Shown here: positions 63,415 to 64,000 of the stretch, piece by piece
Layout of the letters: the number at the start of each line of letters is the position of its first letter
How positions within the stretch are numbered: the first letter of the stretch is position 1
Source of the DNA: an uncultured Candidatus Saccharibacteria bacterium
Lineage (GTDB): Bacteria > Patescibacteriota > Saccharimonadia > Saccharimonadales > Saccharimonadaceae
Length of the DNA: 64,000 nucleotides
Assembly (NCBI GenBank): GCA_963554165.1
Contig: CAUVQR010000002.1
Span: 124,145-188,144 of the forward strand
Reading direction: 5' to 3'
Program-made: the position numbers and the translations under genes
The notes under the pieces: generated by a model
Told to the model about the DNA's origin: nothing
The model's input: the letters and a program-made list of their open reading frames with translations, nothing else
Databases searched by the model: none

Positions 63415-64000
63415 CTAGAGCTGAGCTGTGTCGCTACGTGTTGGCTGCTTGTCTGAAGTAGCGTTTGGATCAACATAGTACTTGGGGATGCTATGAGCCT
63501 GGTTTTCTGGCTCTTCCCAGTATGGGCGTGGCTTGTCAGATGCATATAGATTGCTTCTACTGGTGTTTGAGGCTGTGCTCTGCTGTGCTTCGTCTTGAGC
63601 GGCCTTCTCTGTGACATCTGGGTTGGTAACAAGGTCTTTAGTGATTGCTGAGTCAGTGACAGTGATGAGCTGGAGACCATACTCTTCAATCTCTTCATCA
63701 GTAATATCAAGGTTGTAATGCTTTAGCTGTTGCGACGATGGGCTGGCTACACTACCTTCCACGACGAGACCGCCTAGCTGGAATTCATATGGGTTATCTG
63801 GGTTACTCTGCACAAAGAGTGGCGAGCCCTGCCCTGTGCGGTCATCAAAGCCGTCTTCTGATGAGACGAGTAGTGTCTTAGTATGGGCAGCATCGTTATA
63901 CCCAACGACAAAACCAGATGCAACGACTGGTTTGCCAATCTTGCGCTCATTACCTTGGCTACCATAATTTACAACAGTGAGTGGCTGCTCGAGGAGGTCG
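63415..64000 (-). CDS. hypothetical protein, C-terminal part only (gene enters from the right edge)
   Basis: The frame is open from position 64000 down to the stop at 63415 (...GKPVVASGFVVGYNDAAHTKTLLVSSEDGFDDRTGQGSPLFVQSNPDNPYEF...). The track start at 63813 is an internal GTG. Confidence 0.5.
   Translation of the reverse strand, partial: DLLEQPLTVVNYGSQGNERKIGKPVVASGFVVGYNDAAHTKTLLVSSEDGFDDRTGQGSPLFVQSNPDNPYEFQLGGLVVEGSVASPSSQQLKHYNLDITDEEIEEYGLQLITVTDSAITKDLVTNPDVTEKAAQDEAQQSTASNTSRSNLYASDKPRPYWEEPENQAHSIPKYYVDPNATSDKQPTRSDTAQL

Noticed and set aside
63800-63870. RTGQGSPLF in the partial right-edge ORF as a degenerate GDSGSP serine-protease motif
   Set aside because: The would-be catalytic Ser position is Gln, and no His or Asp motifs are visible in the available fragment. 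It is too short and truncated to support a call.
1-64000. tRNA, rRNA, CRISPR arrays, transposases or integrases
   Set aside because: I scanned non-coding regions for T-arm motifs (GGTTCGAATCC-type, both strands) and regularly spaced direct repeats, and scanned ORFs for DDE or tyrosine-recombinase signatures. Nothing convincing was found. This was by eye only, so a tRNAscan/Infernal run is still advisable.

Overview
Annotated by eye from the sequence and the ORF track; no searches were run. This is a gene-dense chromosomal window from a small-genome bacterium with a Gram-positive-type envelope. Evidence for that envelope type is the sortase-type sorting signals and the absence of outer-membrane genes. 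Gene content is compatible with a CPR/Patescibacteria (Saccharibacteria-like) organism, but that is inference only. Recognisable housekeeping genes: ctpA-like S41 protease, rpmA, xseA/xseB, recO, glyQS, hpt, a NUDIX hydrolase, rnhA, metK behind a clear SAM-I riboswitch, a Pif1/RecD-family helicase, a GH1 beta-glucosidase, yvcK, galU, topA, dprA and a CDP-alcohol phosphatidyltransferase. A reduced dcw cluster runs mraZ-rsmH-ftsL-ftsI-mraY-ftsW-murG-ftsQ, with no murE/F/D/C, ddl, ftsA or ftsZ in place. Visibly lower-GC accessory patches sit between these genes. (i) A 7-kb surface island at 15.6-22.8 kb holds two convergent LAxTG-anchored Asp-box propeller proteins (one fused to GH16) and two tandem bulb-lectin paralogues. 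(ii) A self-promoted two-gene cassette at 37.9-39.9 kb pairs a Cys/His protein with a DUF4868/KwaB-like protein, next to the helicase. (iii) There are orphan immunity-type genes and several lineage-specific paralogue pairs. Non-coding features worth a second look: a 626-nt hairpin-dense spacer between mraZ and rsmH, a phased GTGGG-box array over the mraZ promoter, a 1.9-kb ORF-free AT-rich tract after ftsQ, and an orphan promoter-to-terminator unit (about 280 nt, no ORF) upstream of dprA. Extended -10 boxes also recur only 6-9 nt upstream of start codons, which suggests leaderless mRNAs. No rRNA, tRNA, CRISPR array, transposase or integrase was recognised.
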